A DNA stretch of 64,000 nt. It comes from Octopus bimaculoides (lineage: Eukaryota). Under the pieces are notes generated by a model. That model was not told the origin of the DNA. It searched no databases and saw only the letters and a list, made by a program, of their open reading frames with translations. The translations under genes were made by a program, and so were the position numbers. The DNA is taken from contig NC_068995.1 in NCBI RefSeq assembly GCF_001194135.2, forward strand, positions 24,196,477-24,260,476, given 5' to 3'. Every line of letters begins with the position of its first letter. The first letter of the stretch is position 1. Positions 52,177-64,000 of the stretch are shown here, piece by piece.

Positions 52177-53707
52177 NNNNNNNNNNNNNNNNNNNNNNNN
52201 NNNNNNNNNNNNNNNNNNNNNNNNNNNNNNNNNNNNNNNNNNNNNNNNNNNNNNNNNNNNNNNNNNNNNNNNNNNNNNNNNNNNNNNNNNNNNNNNNNNN
52301 NNNNNNNNNNNNNNNNNNNNNNNNNNNNNNNNNNNNNNNNNNNNNNNNNNNNNNNNNNNNNNNNNNNNNNNNNNNNNNNNNNNNNNNNNNNNNNNNNNNN
52401 NNNNNNNNNNNNNNNNNNNNNNNNNNNNNNNNNNNNNNNNNNNNNNNNNNNNNNNNNNNNNNNNNNNNNNNNNNNNNNNNNNNNNNNNNNNNNNNNNNNN
52501 NNNNNNNNNNNNNNNNNNNNNNNNNNNNNNNNNNNNNNNNNNNNNNNNNNNNNNNNNNNNNNNNNNNNNNNNNNNNNNNNNNNNNNNNNNNNNNNNNNNN
52601 NNNNNNNNNNNNNNNNNNNNNNNNNNNNNNNNNNNNNNNNNNNNNNNNNNNNNNNNNNNNNNNNNNNNNNNNNNNNNNNNNNNNNNNNNNNNNNNNNNNN
52701 NNNNNNNNNNNNNNNNNNNNNNNNNNNNNNNNNNNNNNNNNNNNNNNNNNNNNNNNNNNNNNNNNNNNNNNNNNNNNNNNNNNNNNNNNNNNNNNNNNNN
52801 NNNNNNNNNNNNNNNNNNNNNNNNNNNNNNNNNNNNNNNNNNNNNNNNNNNNNNNNNNNNNNNNNNNNNNNNNNNNNNNNNNNNNNNNNNNNNNNNNNNN
52901 NNNNNNNNNNNNNNNNNNNNNNNNNNNNNNNNNNNNNNNNNNNNNNNNNNNNNNNNNNNNNNNNNNNNNNNNNNNNNNNNNNNNNNNNNNNNNNNNNNNN
53001 NNNNNNNNNNNNNNNNNNNNNNNNNNNNNNNNNNNNNNNATATATATATACATATATATACATGTGTGTGTGTTGTGAGTGTGCGTGTGTGTGCGTGTGC
53101 GTGCGTGTGTGTGCATGTGTAACGCATGTATGGTTGACTGTAAGTTATTTCTTAGTCAAATGACGAGGTTTATTTCAAGAAGGGAATTGAGTAATATCGA
53201 ATGATGGTACAGACAAAATGCTATGAAAATATACAGGCGATAAATCATAAATCCTAGCCATCTGTTTATCATCTCAACAGTTTTGGAATGCTCTTTTTCT
53301 CTGAAGAATTAGATGTGAAATTTAAACTACATTTGGCCAGACAACTCAACTCCGAATGGAAAAGTAATATTTTCAAAACAAAGAATCGTGAAATGTAATA
53401 CATAAACACAAATGTTTAAAAGAAAATGTGAATAAGACACACATTTGGTTTACTCAAAACATGCATACTATAAGAGACAATAACCACTACCGCACTACAA
53501 CCGATACAACTTCAGTAATAACTGCAGTGGCTTCTCTTCTCGGAGATTATCAATCTTATACCTCTTCCTCTCAGGCAATCCCGAATTGCTCACCCTTTAT
53601 CTCGCCATCCTTATCATTTCGAACACCTCATTTCCATTCCCTCATTAACCAGTTACACTCTATCATTACTCCACGTGAGTCGGCTCTCTGAAATTTCCTT
53701 CTAGATG

Positions 53708-53768
<61 letters not shown>

Positions 53769-53807
53769 GTTGTTGTTGTTGTTGTTTTTGTTGTTGTTGT
53801 TGTTGTT

Positions 53808-54025
53808 AAGGAGGCGAGCTGGCAGAATCGTTAATACGCCAGGCAAAATGCTTTGCGGCATTTCGTCCGTCTTTACGTTCTGAGTTCAAATTCCGCCGAG
53901 GTCGACTTTGCCTTTGATCCTTTCGAGGTCGATAAATTAAGTACCAGTAAAAGCTGAAGTCGATGTAATCGACTAGTCCCCTCCCCGCACATTTCAGGCC
54001 TTGTGCCTATAGTAGAATGGATTAT
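53808..54025 (+). mobile_element. SINE family A, full length, between (ATT/GTT)n and (ATT/ATC)n tracts
   Basis: Close match to family A including tail. Confidence 0.92.
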
Positions 54026-54117
54026 TATTCCTGCTGTTATTATTACTTTTATTATCATTATTATTATTATCATCATCATCATCATCGTCATCATCATTAT
54101 TATTATCATCATCATCA

Positions 54118-54170
<53 letters not shown>

Positions 54171-54724
54171 GAGTGAGAGAGCAGCGCATGCCATCAAAGT
54201 GACACTGGGGTAAAATATACGAAGCCCATTATGCCCATCATGACTACCCGTCTGATAAGGGTACACCAGGCACATGCATCACAACCATATCTGCGCGACA
54301 TGGTGATTTCAGATCAAGATAAACAGCACGTGACCTCGCAGGTGGGGACTAGTTAGAATTTTCTTCAGGTCGGGTAGTCCATCCCGCTCAAAAGGTCCCT
54401 GAATAAGGTTTGTTTAAGGATGTTGAGCAAAACACCCATGTTTCCAACGGTGAATTATTCAAACCCCAAAGAATTCCTCTCCACACATAGCTATGATGCT
54501 CCCCCACTACTTCTGCTCATGATCAGAGATGCACATATCATCAGCCACCAAGGGACATGCTCAACTGGTTAAGATCAAACAACTGACAAGCAAATCTGTG
54601 GTATTGAGCAGAATATTTGCTGTAGCCCATCTTTTATACCAAGACAAAACAATGTACATGATAACACTTCCAATCAGTTAAGATCAGAAGCCATGAGAGC
54701 CACTGCCTAGTACTGCATCCGGGC

Positions 54725-54725
<1 letters not shown>
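54171..54725. mobile_element. Uncharacterised ~555-bp non-coding insert embedded in (ATT)n
   Basis: Sharp boundaries against pure ATT tracts on both sides; higher GC than flanks; no TE ORF recognised. Confidence 0.55.
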
Positions 54726-54785
<60 letters not shown>

Positions 54786-54787
<2 letters not shown>

Positions 54788-56225
54788 CTAGTCTTATTTT
54801 TGTCTCGTGCTTTCACTGCACAACTGAGTGCAGTCCTGTATGCCTTGGGTATGTGCTGTGGCTTGTTGTGGTGCTCTTATTTTTACTGTATTGAAAGTGT
54901 TTTACGTAAGATGTGTGCGGTGCCTAGTAATACTATTTTCTGTACATTCTATATACTTGTAAGTCCTGGAGATTTTGTTATTTATTTAGCTGAATGTTTT
55001 GCTTTTTTTTTATTATATCTAATGCAGCTACTATAATAGGAGTTGTTTCTGCTTTTAGGCTCCAGATTCATGTTACCTCTATTTCCAAATCTTTGTATTT
55101 TTAAAGTTTCTCTGTTTCTTTTAGACAAACGTTGTCATCTGTTGGTATCGATATATCGATTAGAAAGCATTTTTCCTTGGTGATCTCTGAGAAGTACATC
55201 TGGCCTATTAACCTTCTCTATGTATTGGCATATCCCAGAATATGGTCACTTTCTAATTCTCTGTGACATTTTCTAGACTGTGCCTATATCATCTTTTTTC
55301 TGTTGATATTCCATAGAATTAGCATAGCTTCAAGTGTATATGGGTTCCAACCCTGTCGTGTCTGTGAATATATTCCTTTTTAGCCAGGACAGGGCAGCCA
55401 GAGACAATATGATTTATTGTTTCTTCTCCATCACCACATATTCTGCAGTTACTTGTTGTACAGCGTGTCCCAAAAGTCGCTGATGGGTTTTAATTCTTAA
55501 TAACTTCCTTAACTTTACTAATAAACGCATGAAATTTTGATACAATATAAAGGACATAATGGAAATTAATATGCACAAGTCAAAATTTGCAACACCTTCT
55601 CTTTCCGATATCCCCACAAGAAAATATCCGAGCTAGTCAAGTCTGGGGAACGTGAAGGCTATTCAAAGTAGACCTCACACATGGTTCCAGCAAGATGCGG
55701 TAACTGCTCATACCGCAAGAGAAACAATGCAGTTGCTACGGCAGTGCTCTGGAGAGAGAATAATCTCCCGCTACGGCAACGTCAACTGGCCTTCACGTTC
55801 CCCAGACTTGGCTAGCCCGGATTTATTCTTGTGGGGATACCTGAAAGAGAGGGTTTACATCAACAAACCGGAGATCCTGGTGCAACTGAAGGAGAACATC
55901 AATCGAGAAATCAGAGAAGTGAGTTTTGAAACTCTTGAGGGTGTTTTGGAAAGAGCAGGGGCGGGCGAACCGGACAATAGCTGCCATTTAAGTGATGTCG
56001 TTTTTCATATGTGATGTAGTGGTGTTGCAAAATTTGATTCGTGCATATTAATTTTCATTATGTCCTTTATGCTGCATCAAAATGTCAAGCATTTATTTTT
56101 AAAGTTAAAGAAGTCATTAAAAATTGAAATACATCAGTGACTTTTGGGTCACCCTGTATTTCTCTTCGTTATATGTTTTTGGTGATTTCCGATGGGAAGG
56201 CTTTGATTTTGTGAGTTACTTGCTG
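54786..56225 (-). mobile_element. R4/Dong-like RLE retrotransposon, 5'-truncated, ending in (TAA)n; split by a DD41D transposon
   Basis: QNQSLPIGNHQKHITKRNT|TSNCRICGDGEETINHIVSGCPVLAKKEYIHRHDRVG..NRPDV..FLIDISIP..KYKDLEIEV..QKIVLLGTAHILRKTL. Confidence 0.9.
55461..56156 (+). mobile_element. Tc1/mariner DD41D (rosa-like) element, internally deleted, TA TSD
   Basis: TIRs CAGCGTGTCCCAAAAGTC / GACTTTTGGGTCACCCTG with long sub-terminal inverted repeats; WFQQDAVTAHT..WPSRSPDLASPDLFLWGYLK with 41 residues between the two D. Confidence 0.92.
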
Positions 56226-56253
56226 TTGTTGTTGGTGTCGTTGTTGTTATTAC

Positions 56254-56286
<33 letters not shown>

Positions 56287-56289
56287 GCT

Positions 56290-56765
56290 AGTGCGTAATA
56301 ATTTAGCATTTTGGGTGTTGTGCCAAGTGCACCAGTTACTAAATGGGTAACTGTTGTCTTGGCCTTCCATAGTCTCCTCAGCTCTCTGTCTAGCTCCTGA
56401 TACATCTCAATGTTTTCAATTTCCTTGGTATCATGGGGGACTGCAAAACCTCTGATCTTACGGTGTTCGTTTCTTTTGTCCTCTATGATCATATCTGATC
56501 TTCCTACATCAAGAGTATGGTCAGTCTCTATGGGGAACAAAGCCTCTAGTTCGTATTCATACCTCTTTTCTGTTCTTATGAAGCCACACACTCCGCGAAC
56601 ATAATGCACGCTTTTAGCTACACAGTTATGTCTATGTTTATATTCCTTTTGTGCTAGTACACTGCACTCACTCAAAAGGTGATTAATACTTTCACCGCGT
56701 TTCTTTTTTTATTGTAGATTTTATATTTGCTGTCTGTTCTAAGGACTGTAGCCATTACCACCAAC
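56290..56765 (-). mobile_element. Second R4/Dong-like RLE retrotransposon 3' fragment
   Basis: ESINHLLSECSVLAQKEYKHRHNCVAK..RSDMIIEDK..FAVPHD..LVTGALG; 3' end abuts a TAA/TGA-type microsatellite. Confidence 0.85.
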
Positions 56766-57600
56766 CATGTTTTCTGATTATAACATGTGTAACTATTCGT
56801 ATTACATTTTTCTCAGTTTCTGAAATTATTCTGTATCTTGACAACGAGTTTTACTCGACACAGCTCAATAACAGACTTGCTTTATTGCTATTTCTCTATC
56901 TTAAATAGCATATCTACGATCAAAGATGTATCGGCCATGAACGTCCCATCTTTATTCACTTTGTTTTTTGTTTCTTTTGTTTTTCAGTTAATATGTTGCT
57001 AAGACTGCATTTTGTAGTGTGCTATTTCTTTTTAAGAGACTAAAGTATGGTTTTGAAGGATATTTGGTTTGTATTTCTAACAGGTAAAGCAATCTTTATA
57101 AATAAAAGTTGAGGTGGAACGACCTTAAAGCTCATACAGGTTAGCATTAAAAGGAAGATAAATATCTTTGACTTGGAAAGAAATCGATGCTACAGGATTC
57201 ATGTGTTGCGATAAAAGTAATTTATATATAAAGCACAAATGTCACAACAGCGACAACTTCACTCTTTCTGTTGAGTGCTGGATCAAGTAAAACTTCGTGC
57301 AAATCAATTTGCTTTTGCATGAAAAGTTAAGTGACAAACGACAATTCGGGGATAACGAAAGTAAATGAAGATCAGTGGCCTCCAATTATGTATGCCTTAA
57401 GTTGACTGTAACTATTTTTCCTTTAAGATTCTCAAATTTTCTTAATTTCTATCATAGCTCAAAAATCTGTACTCCAGTTTGTTCGCTTGTTCGGTTGTTG
57501 ATTCTTTCTTTTTTCTAATATCTACGTTTCGTCGTTCAAAGCTTCTTGGGTATGCTTAATTTGCATTTTTTAAGTTTATCGATCAAATACAAATATACAC

Positions 57601-57690
57601 CTGAAACAGCTGTTGTTTGGCACGTTCTGCACCAAATTCTGCTCGACCAGAAAATAGTGGTGATCATACCGGTTCTGTGCCAGGCAGAAC
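57601..57690 (-). CDS. Candidate 90-nt exon of unidentified host gene
   Basis: Strong pyrimidine tract ttattttcttcctctctttgttctacggactcag, end TTCAG|GTGTAT, GC-rich versus flanks; phase-2 frame FCLAQNRYDHHYFLVEQNLVQNVPNNSCF (phase 1 also open). Confidence 0.55.
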
Positions 57691-58526
57691 CTGAGTCCGT
57701 AGAACAAAGAGAGGAAGAAAATAACATAAATTATTATAATGTTGATTTTAAGTGCTAAACATTCGAAACTAGATATTTTGAAAGTTTATTATATTATTTT
57801 TAGGANNNNNNNNNNNNNNNNNNNNNNNNNNNNNNNNNNNNNNNNNNNNNNNNNNNNNNNNNNNNNNNNNNNNNNNNNNNNNNNNNNNNNNNNNNNNNNN
57901 NNNNNNNNNNNNNNNNNNNNNNNNNNNNNNNNNNNNNNNNNNNNNNNNNNNNNNNNNNNNNNNNNNNNNNNNNNNNNNNNNNNNNNNNNNNNNNNNNNNN
58001 NNNNNNNNNNNNNNNNNNNNNNNNNNNNNNNNNNNNNNNNNNNNNNNNNNNNNNNNNNNNNNNNNNNNNNNNNNNNNNNNNNNNNNNNNNNNNNNNNNNN
58101 NNNNNNNNNNNNNNNNNNNNNNNNNNNNNNNNNNNNNNNNNNNNNNNNNNNNNNNNNNNNNNNNATATATTCCGGATATATACGTACATATATTCCGGAC
58201 AAATACCAAAATTCCTCAAGTATAGAAGATCCTCGATTCACGACGGTAAAACCACTGTGGGTGTAGCGAAAATATAAAGACAAAGAAATCTTTTAATACG
58301 TCTTTAATAATTCGATACTATTGTTTCTGTACCAACTCTGCTTGCAACGCCAGTTTACGCAATATTCGCAATTTTTTAGTCCTGTTATTTGGAATGCACA
58401 CGCACACACACACACACACACACGCGCGCGCGCGCACACACACACACACACAAACATACACACACACACAAACATATATATATATATGCATCTATAATAT
58501 ATATATATATATGTATATTATAGATG

Positions 58527-58675
58527 CAGGCGTGGTTATATGATGAGAGTCCCACATAGCTCCGAGTTCAGTCCCACTGCATGTCACTGGGGGAAATATT
58601 TAAGCTGTAATCTCTAGCTGACCAAAGCCTTGTGAGTGGATTTGGTAGACGGGAACTGAAAGAAGCTCGTCGTTT
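58527..58675 (+). mobile_element. SINE family B, 5' half
   Basis: GAGTTCAGTCCCACTGC..AAAGCCTTGTGAGTGGATTTGGTAGACGG. Confidence 0.8.
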
Positions 58676-59204
58676 GTGTGTGTGTGAGTGTGTGTGTGTA
58701 TTTGATGATACAAACAGATAAATCGAACTTAAAACCTGAGTATACATACGCTTTTTATTAATAATCACCTGAAGTTACAGAGTGACTCGTGTGTTGCCAC
58801 TTGAGCCAACCTGTACCTTCTGCATATTTATTGCCTCATTCAATATGGTAGGTTCAAATTTGAGACCACAATCGGCATACAGGCTTGAATAAAACGTTTC
58901 TTCAATAAACTTGCTTAGAAGACTAATCCGTTATATCAGTTATTTAACAGCGCCGATAGTTGTTGTCTTAGTATTGGAGATAGCATTCATCTTATCTTAT
59001 TTGTATTTTCTCGTGCTCAGCATGGATGGATATATGTACACAACTATGTATTGTTTAATATACACAGCTTATAGGCATGAGCTGCTAATAGTTTAATACA
59101 CTGAAGATTATCTAGGCAAGTTTTAAAACACGCCTAATGTCTTCAAATAGTGTAGAGAACCTTCAATGTATGAAACTATTAGCAGCTCATAACTATAAAC
59201 TTTA

Positions 59205-60165
59205 CTGTTTTACTCTTTTACACTTTTCTGTCATTTGACTGCGGCCATGATAGAGCACCGCCTTTAGTCGAAGAAATTGACCACAGGACTTATTCTTTGT
59301 AAGCTTAGTACTTATTCTATCTGTCTCCTTTACCGAACCGCTAAGGTTTGAAGAGATAAACACACCAACATCGGTTGTCAAGCGATGGTAGAGGACAAAC
59401 ACAGAAACAAAAGCACCNNNNNNNNNNNNNNNNNNNNNNNNNNNNNNNNNNNNNNNNNNNNNNNNNNNNNNNNNNNNNNNNNNNNNNNNNNNNNNNNNNN
59501 NNNNNNNNNNNNNNNNNNNNNNNNNNNNNNNNNNNNNNNNNNNNNNNNNNNNNNNNNNNNNNNNNNNNNNNNNNNNNNNNNNNNNNNNNNNNNNNNNNNN
59601 NNNNNNNNNNNNNNNNNNNNNNNNNNNNNNNNNNNNNNNNNNNNNNNNNNNNNNNNNNNNNNNNNNNNNNNNNNNNNNNNNNNNNNNNNNNNNNNNNNNN
59701 NNNNNNNNNNNNNNNNNNNNNNNNNNNNNNNNNNNNNNNNNNNNNNNNNNNNNNNNNNNNNNNNNNNNNNNNNNNNNNNNNNNNNNNNNNNNNNNNNNNN
59801 NNNNNNNNNNNNNNNNNNNNNNNNNNNNNNNNNNNNNNNNNNNNNNNNNNNNNNNNNNNNNNNNNNNNNNNNNNNNNNNNNNNNNNNNNNNNNNNNNNNN
59901 NNNNNNNNNNNNNNNNNNNNNNNNNNNNNNNNNNNNNNNNNNNNNNNNNNNNNNNNNNNNNNNNNNNNNNNNNNNNNNNNNNNNNNNNNNNNNNNNNNNN
60001 NNTATATATACGACGGGCTTCTTTCAGTTTCAGTCTACCAAATCCACTCACAAGGCTTTGGTCGCTCCGAGGCTATAGCAGAAGACACTTGCCTAAGATT
60101 CCACACAGTGGGGGCTGAACCCGGAACCATGTGGTTGAAAAGAAAGCTTCTTACCACACAGTCAC
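59205..60165 (-). mobile_element. SINE family B spanning an N gap
   Basis: 3' half at 59205-59417 and 5' half at 60003-60165, both on the minus strand. Confidence 0.85.
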
Positions 60166-60926
60166 GCTGTATATTATTAAACAATATATTTTTCTCTCAC
60201 CTGATGGAGTCCTTTCTTTGTTGATTTTTACTCTAACGGAAAATAAACTCTATAAGTATATATACATGTATGGATGGATGGATGGATGGATGGATGGATG
60301 GATGGATGTGTGTATGTATGTAAGTATGTATGCATGTATGTATTATGTATGTGTGTATGTGTGTTTGTATGTAAGTACTATGTATGTTGTTTGTATGTAT
60401 TCTTCTTTCAGATTTACTTTTTATAACTAAAATTAACAACGGTGTAAACTACTATTTTCTGCATGCAAGAGTTAAACTGACCACGTGACCTGTTAGCAAT
60501 ATGATGTTAATAATGTTTACTCATTCACTAGAGTTCAGTCCTCAGCCTGCTATTGCCAAATGTCGTTGACGTGTCACCCAAGCAATATTAATCAAATGTC
60601 GGCACAGTGTACAATGCTGAACGCCACGAAAATAATTCAGATTCGTTGTGTGATGTCTGATTGTTCGTGATAAATCCAATGTATTTATCGTTTGAGGATC
60701 AAATTATATTCGTTACTCCATTCTTAATGACTCTAGGATGCAAGCAGATCTCTAAATCTCTGTCGAAAAGAAGCTGCCCTAATATCGAATAATAGATTTA
60801 GTTATACAAATTTCGTTATATATTCTCGTGTAAGATGGGAACGTATTTGGTTAGGGCTAGTTATTAAGTTTATTAGATGGTAATTTAGTGCATCAAAATG
60901 TGATAAAGGTATATCTATCTATCTAG

Positions 60927-60972
<46 letters not shown>

Positions 60973-61465
60973 NNNNNNNNNNNNNNNNNNNNNNNNNNNN
61001 NNNNNNNNNNNNNNNNNNNNNNNNNNNNNNNNNNNNNNNNNNNNNNNNNNNNNNNNNNNNNNNNNNNNNNNNNNNNNNNNNNNNNNNNNNNNNNNNNNNN
61101 NNNNNNNNNNNNNNNNNNNNNNNNNNNNNNNNNNNNNNNNNNNNNNNNNNNNNNNNNNNNNNNNNNNNNNNNNNNNNNNNNNNNNNNNNNNNNNNNNNNN
61201 NNNNNNNNNNNNNNNNNNNNNNNNNNNNNNNNNNNNNNNNNNNNNNNNNNNNNNNNNNNNNNNNNNNNNNNNNNNNNNNNNNNNNNNNNNNNNNNNNNNN
61301 NNNNNNNNNNNNNNNNNNNNNNNNNNNNNNNNNNNNNNNNNNNNNNNNNNNNNNNNNNNNNNNNNNNNNNNNNNNNNNNNNNNNNNNNNNNNNNNNNNNN
61401 NNNNNNNNNNNNNNNNNNNNNNNNNNNNNNNNNNNNNNNNNNNNNNNNNNNNNNNNNNNNNNNNN

Positions 61466-61499
<34 letters not shown>

Positions 61500-62228
61500 C
61501 ATGTGTGTGTGTGTTTGTGCATGCGCGCGCGGGCTTGTGTGTGTGTGTGTATAGGAATAATCTAGAAATTTATATATCGAGAATTTCTTTTTCCTTCCAA
61601 CAACATAACAAATTATATAAACCATGTGGAAGACTTTTGTTCAATATTTACGAAGTTGTTGTAGAAGTCTTCAATGAAATCTAAATCATTACAAAATAGA
61701 AAATATCTATTCTGTGCCTTGAAGCAGTCCATAAGCATGACTGCTCTATAAATCTCAATGCACTACTTTCAAACCGCTTCATTCTTTCACTCTTTAGATT
61801 GATATGTTTTTTTCCTATCTTTTCTCCTTCTGACTCTTGCTTTCACGCATTTCTCTTAATTCTACAAAAGCTTGATTTTGCTTTTTTCATTCGATAAGAC
61901 ACTCAGCACCTCTCATTCTCTCTCTCTTCTTACACACACACACACACACACAAACACAGAGTACGTATGTATTTATCATTCTCGCTATTGTTTCTATTTC
62001 CTTTTCTTCTATCTTTCAATGACTTCAGTGTTTCAGCTATTACTTTTACTTCTTTCTTCCATTGCGTTTCTTTCTTTCAAGTCTTTATTTCATTTACATT
62101 TCTACCATTTCGTCTGTCGTCTGCTTTTCTCTTTCTCTTCTATTTTCGCTTTTATCTCTTCTTCCATCGTTTCTTTACCTTTCTTTATATCTCTCTCTTT
62201 CCCTTTATCTTCCTTTCCCCCATATCTA

Positions 62229-62298
<70 letters not shown>

Positions 62299-62300
62299 TC
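62229..62300. repeat. (CT)n microsatellite
   Basis: Direct inspection. Confidence 0.95.
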
Positions 62301-62811
62301 TCCATCTCTCCCTCTTCAGAAAGCTGTGTAACCTTTCAACTGCCATCAACAACTTCAGCTTTACTGGCCACCAACTTGACTTTTTACTTTTCTAAAATGG
62401 TTGGTTATAATGCAATTCTACTTCACCGGAAGTAGATTTAATCCTTCTGGAATAATCGATCGGTCGATGTACTCAATTCGGTCATTTATTGAAGTCTGGT
62501 CAATACATTTGCTGTTGCTGTCGGTGTTATTATAGTTGGTAATACTGATGTTGATGATGGAAAGAAGGAGAGAGAATAGAAGAAGGAAACATAGTTGACT
62601 AAAGAACTCTATAGTCTTAAATGAAACCAACATTTGTCACCACTAACTGTTATCGCCTTTTCTACATTAGTGCTTTGCTTATTTATTTATTGCTCTGCTT
62701 TTGTTGTTGTTGTTGTTGTTGCTGCTACCGATGCTGTTGCAAATGTTTCTGTTATTTGCAAGAATAACAAAGTAATTCTTAATGATGTCATTTAATATTA
62801 TATCTATATGA

Positions 62812-63200
62812 AAGGTAGCAAGCTGGCAGAATAATTAGCACGTCGGGCAAAATGCTTAGCGGCATTTCATCTGTTTTTACGTTCTGAGTTCAAACACCGC
62901 CGAGGCCGACCTTGCTTTTCGTCCTCTCAGTGTTGATAAAATAAGTGCTTCAGATATACAGAAAACAAAAGACAAAAACAGGTGAGGGAACAACAAACAG
63001 GTGTATTAGTATGACGCTCGGGAAGAATGGCAGAACATTTGATGTTTCAAGCCTGCGATAGAAAAATGGATTAACGGTTTAACATGATGAAATGACCAAT
63101 AAATGACCTATAAAATAAGCACCAGTTGAGTACTGGTGTTAATGTAATCGACTTAACCACTCCTTGGATTTGATGGTCTTTGCCAGAATTTGAAATCAAA
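62812..63200 (+). mobile_element. SINE family A split by a ~170-bp insertion
   Basis: 5' half ends at ATAAG (~62945); 3' half resumes AAAATAAGCACCAGTTGAGTACTGG at ~63112. Confidence 0.75.
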
Positions 63201-64000
63201 ATTATATTGATATTGCTACATTTTTTCTGTTGTTTCTGCCATTGCTGTAGTTTGAGATGAATAAAATAAAATATTATAACCATCCTCATCATCATCACCA
63301 TTATCAGCGATATTATCATCATCCGGGTTATCATTATAATCCTTATCGTCGTTGTCAGCATTATCATCCTCACCGCTATCATCATCTTAGTCATGTATTT
63401 AAATCAATCGTTCAGTTTAAACCATTTTTACGTCGTATGTTTTAACGATATCCTTGGGAAAGGTCATGGGCGTTGATAAGGTTATTAAGAATAAATAAAC
63501 TATATAAGAATCTTTCACTTCATGCTACATCCTTCCTACACCATAAATCTGAGAGCGCTTAGCTGTGAAAGAGAAACCGCTATAACAGACAGTGTAGATG
63601 GGATAGGGCTGTTTGTTCCGAGGTTTACCAGCTGGAGTCCGTTTTACTGAAGACATTGACTAAAACATCACAGGGGAAAATACACGAATATCAGAAAATT
63701 CGACATGCCACAAAATTATAAATGAGAAGAGACGTATGTATGTGCCATTGTTTTACTGTTTTACTGGTTTCTGTCACTTGACTGCGGTCGTTCTATGACA
63801 TTTTAGTCTCACATTTCAACCGCATTTCTTCTTTCACTCACATACTGATTTTAATGTCCGCGGTAGAATGTCTTCGTTACCTTTTTTTTATATAAAGAGT
63901 TGCAGCCCGACACACTGCTTTACATCAGTAACTATAAACACAGATACCGACGAAGGCACATATGTATAAATATGTGTGAGCAAATATATATATATACATA

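Noticed and set aside
60480-60680. Cluster of E-box/CRE-like words suggesting an enhancer
   Set aside because: Short motifs are expected by chance; no conservation or chromatin data available.

Overview
AT-rich animal genomic scaffold with many N gaps and dense microsatellites. The two abundant tRNA-derived SINE families resemble those of octopus, so a coleoid cephalopod is inferred. Most of the window looks like the introns of a minus-strand gene: I found 3-4 small candidate exons but could not name the gene. The rest is transposon debris: SINEs, Tc1/mariner relics (DD34D, DD37D, DD41D), a hAT MITE with 8-bp TSD, RTE fragments, R4/Dong-like RLE retrotransposons in (TAA)n tracts, a Penelope-like RT/GIY-YIG fragment, and an internally deleted Ty3/Gypsy element with three nested insertions. 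The most striking item is a short retroposon made of a tRNA-like Pol III head, a microsatellite linker, a minimal type I hammerhead ribozyme motif and a 9-bp tandem tail (34550-34812). A fold-back derivative with two hammerheads sits in the Gypsy gag, flanked by a 15-bp duplication (40791-41105). No intact TE ORF, true tRNA, rRNA or CRISPR array was seen. Most long ORFs in the supplied track are microsatellite or N-gap artefacts. All calls were made by eye, without database searches.
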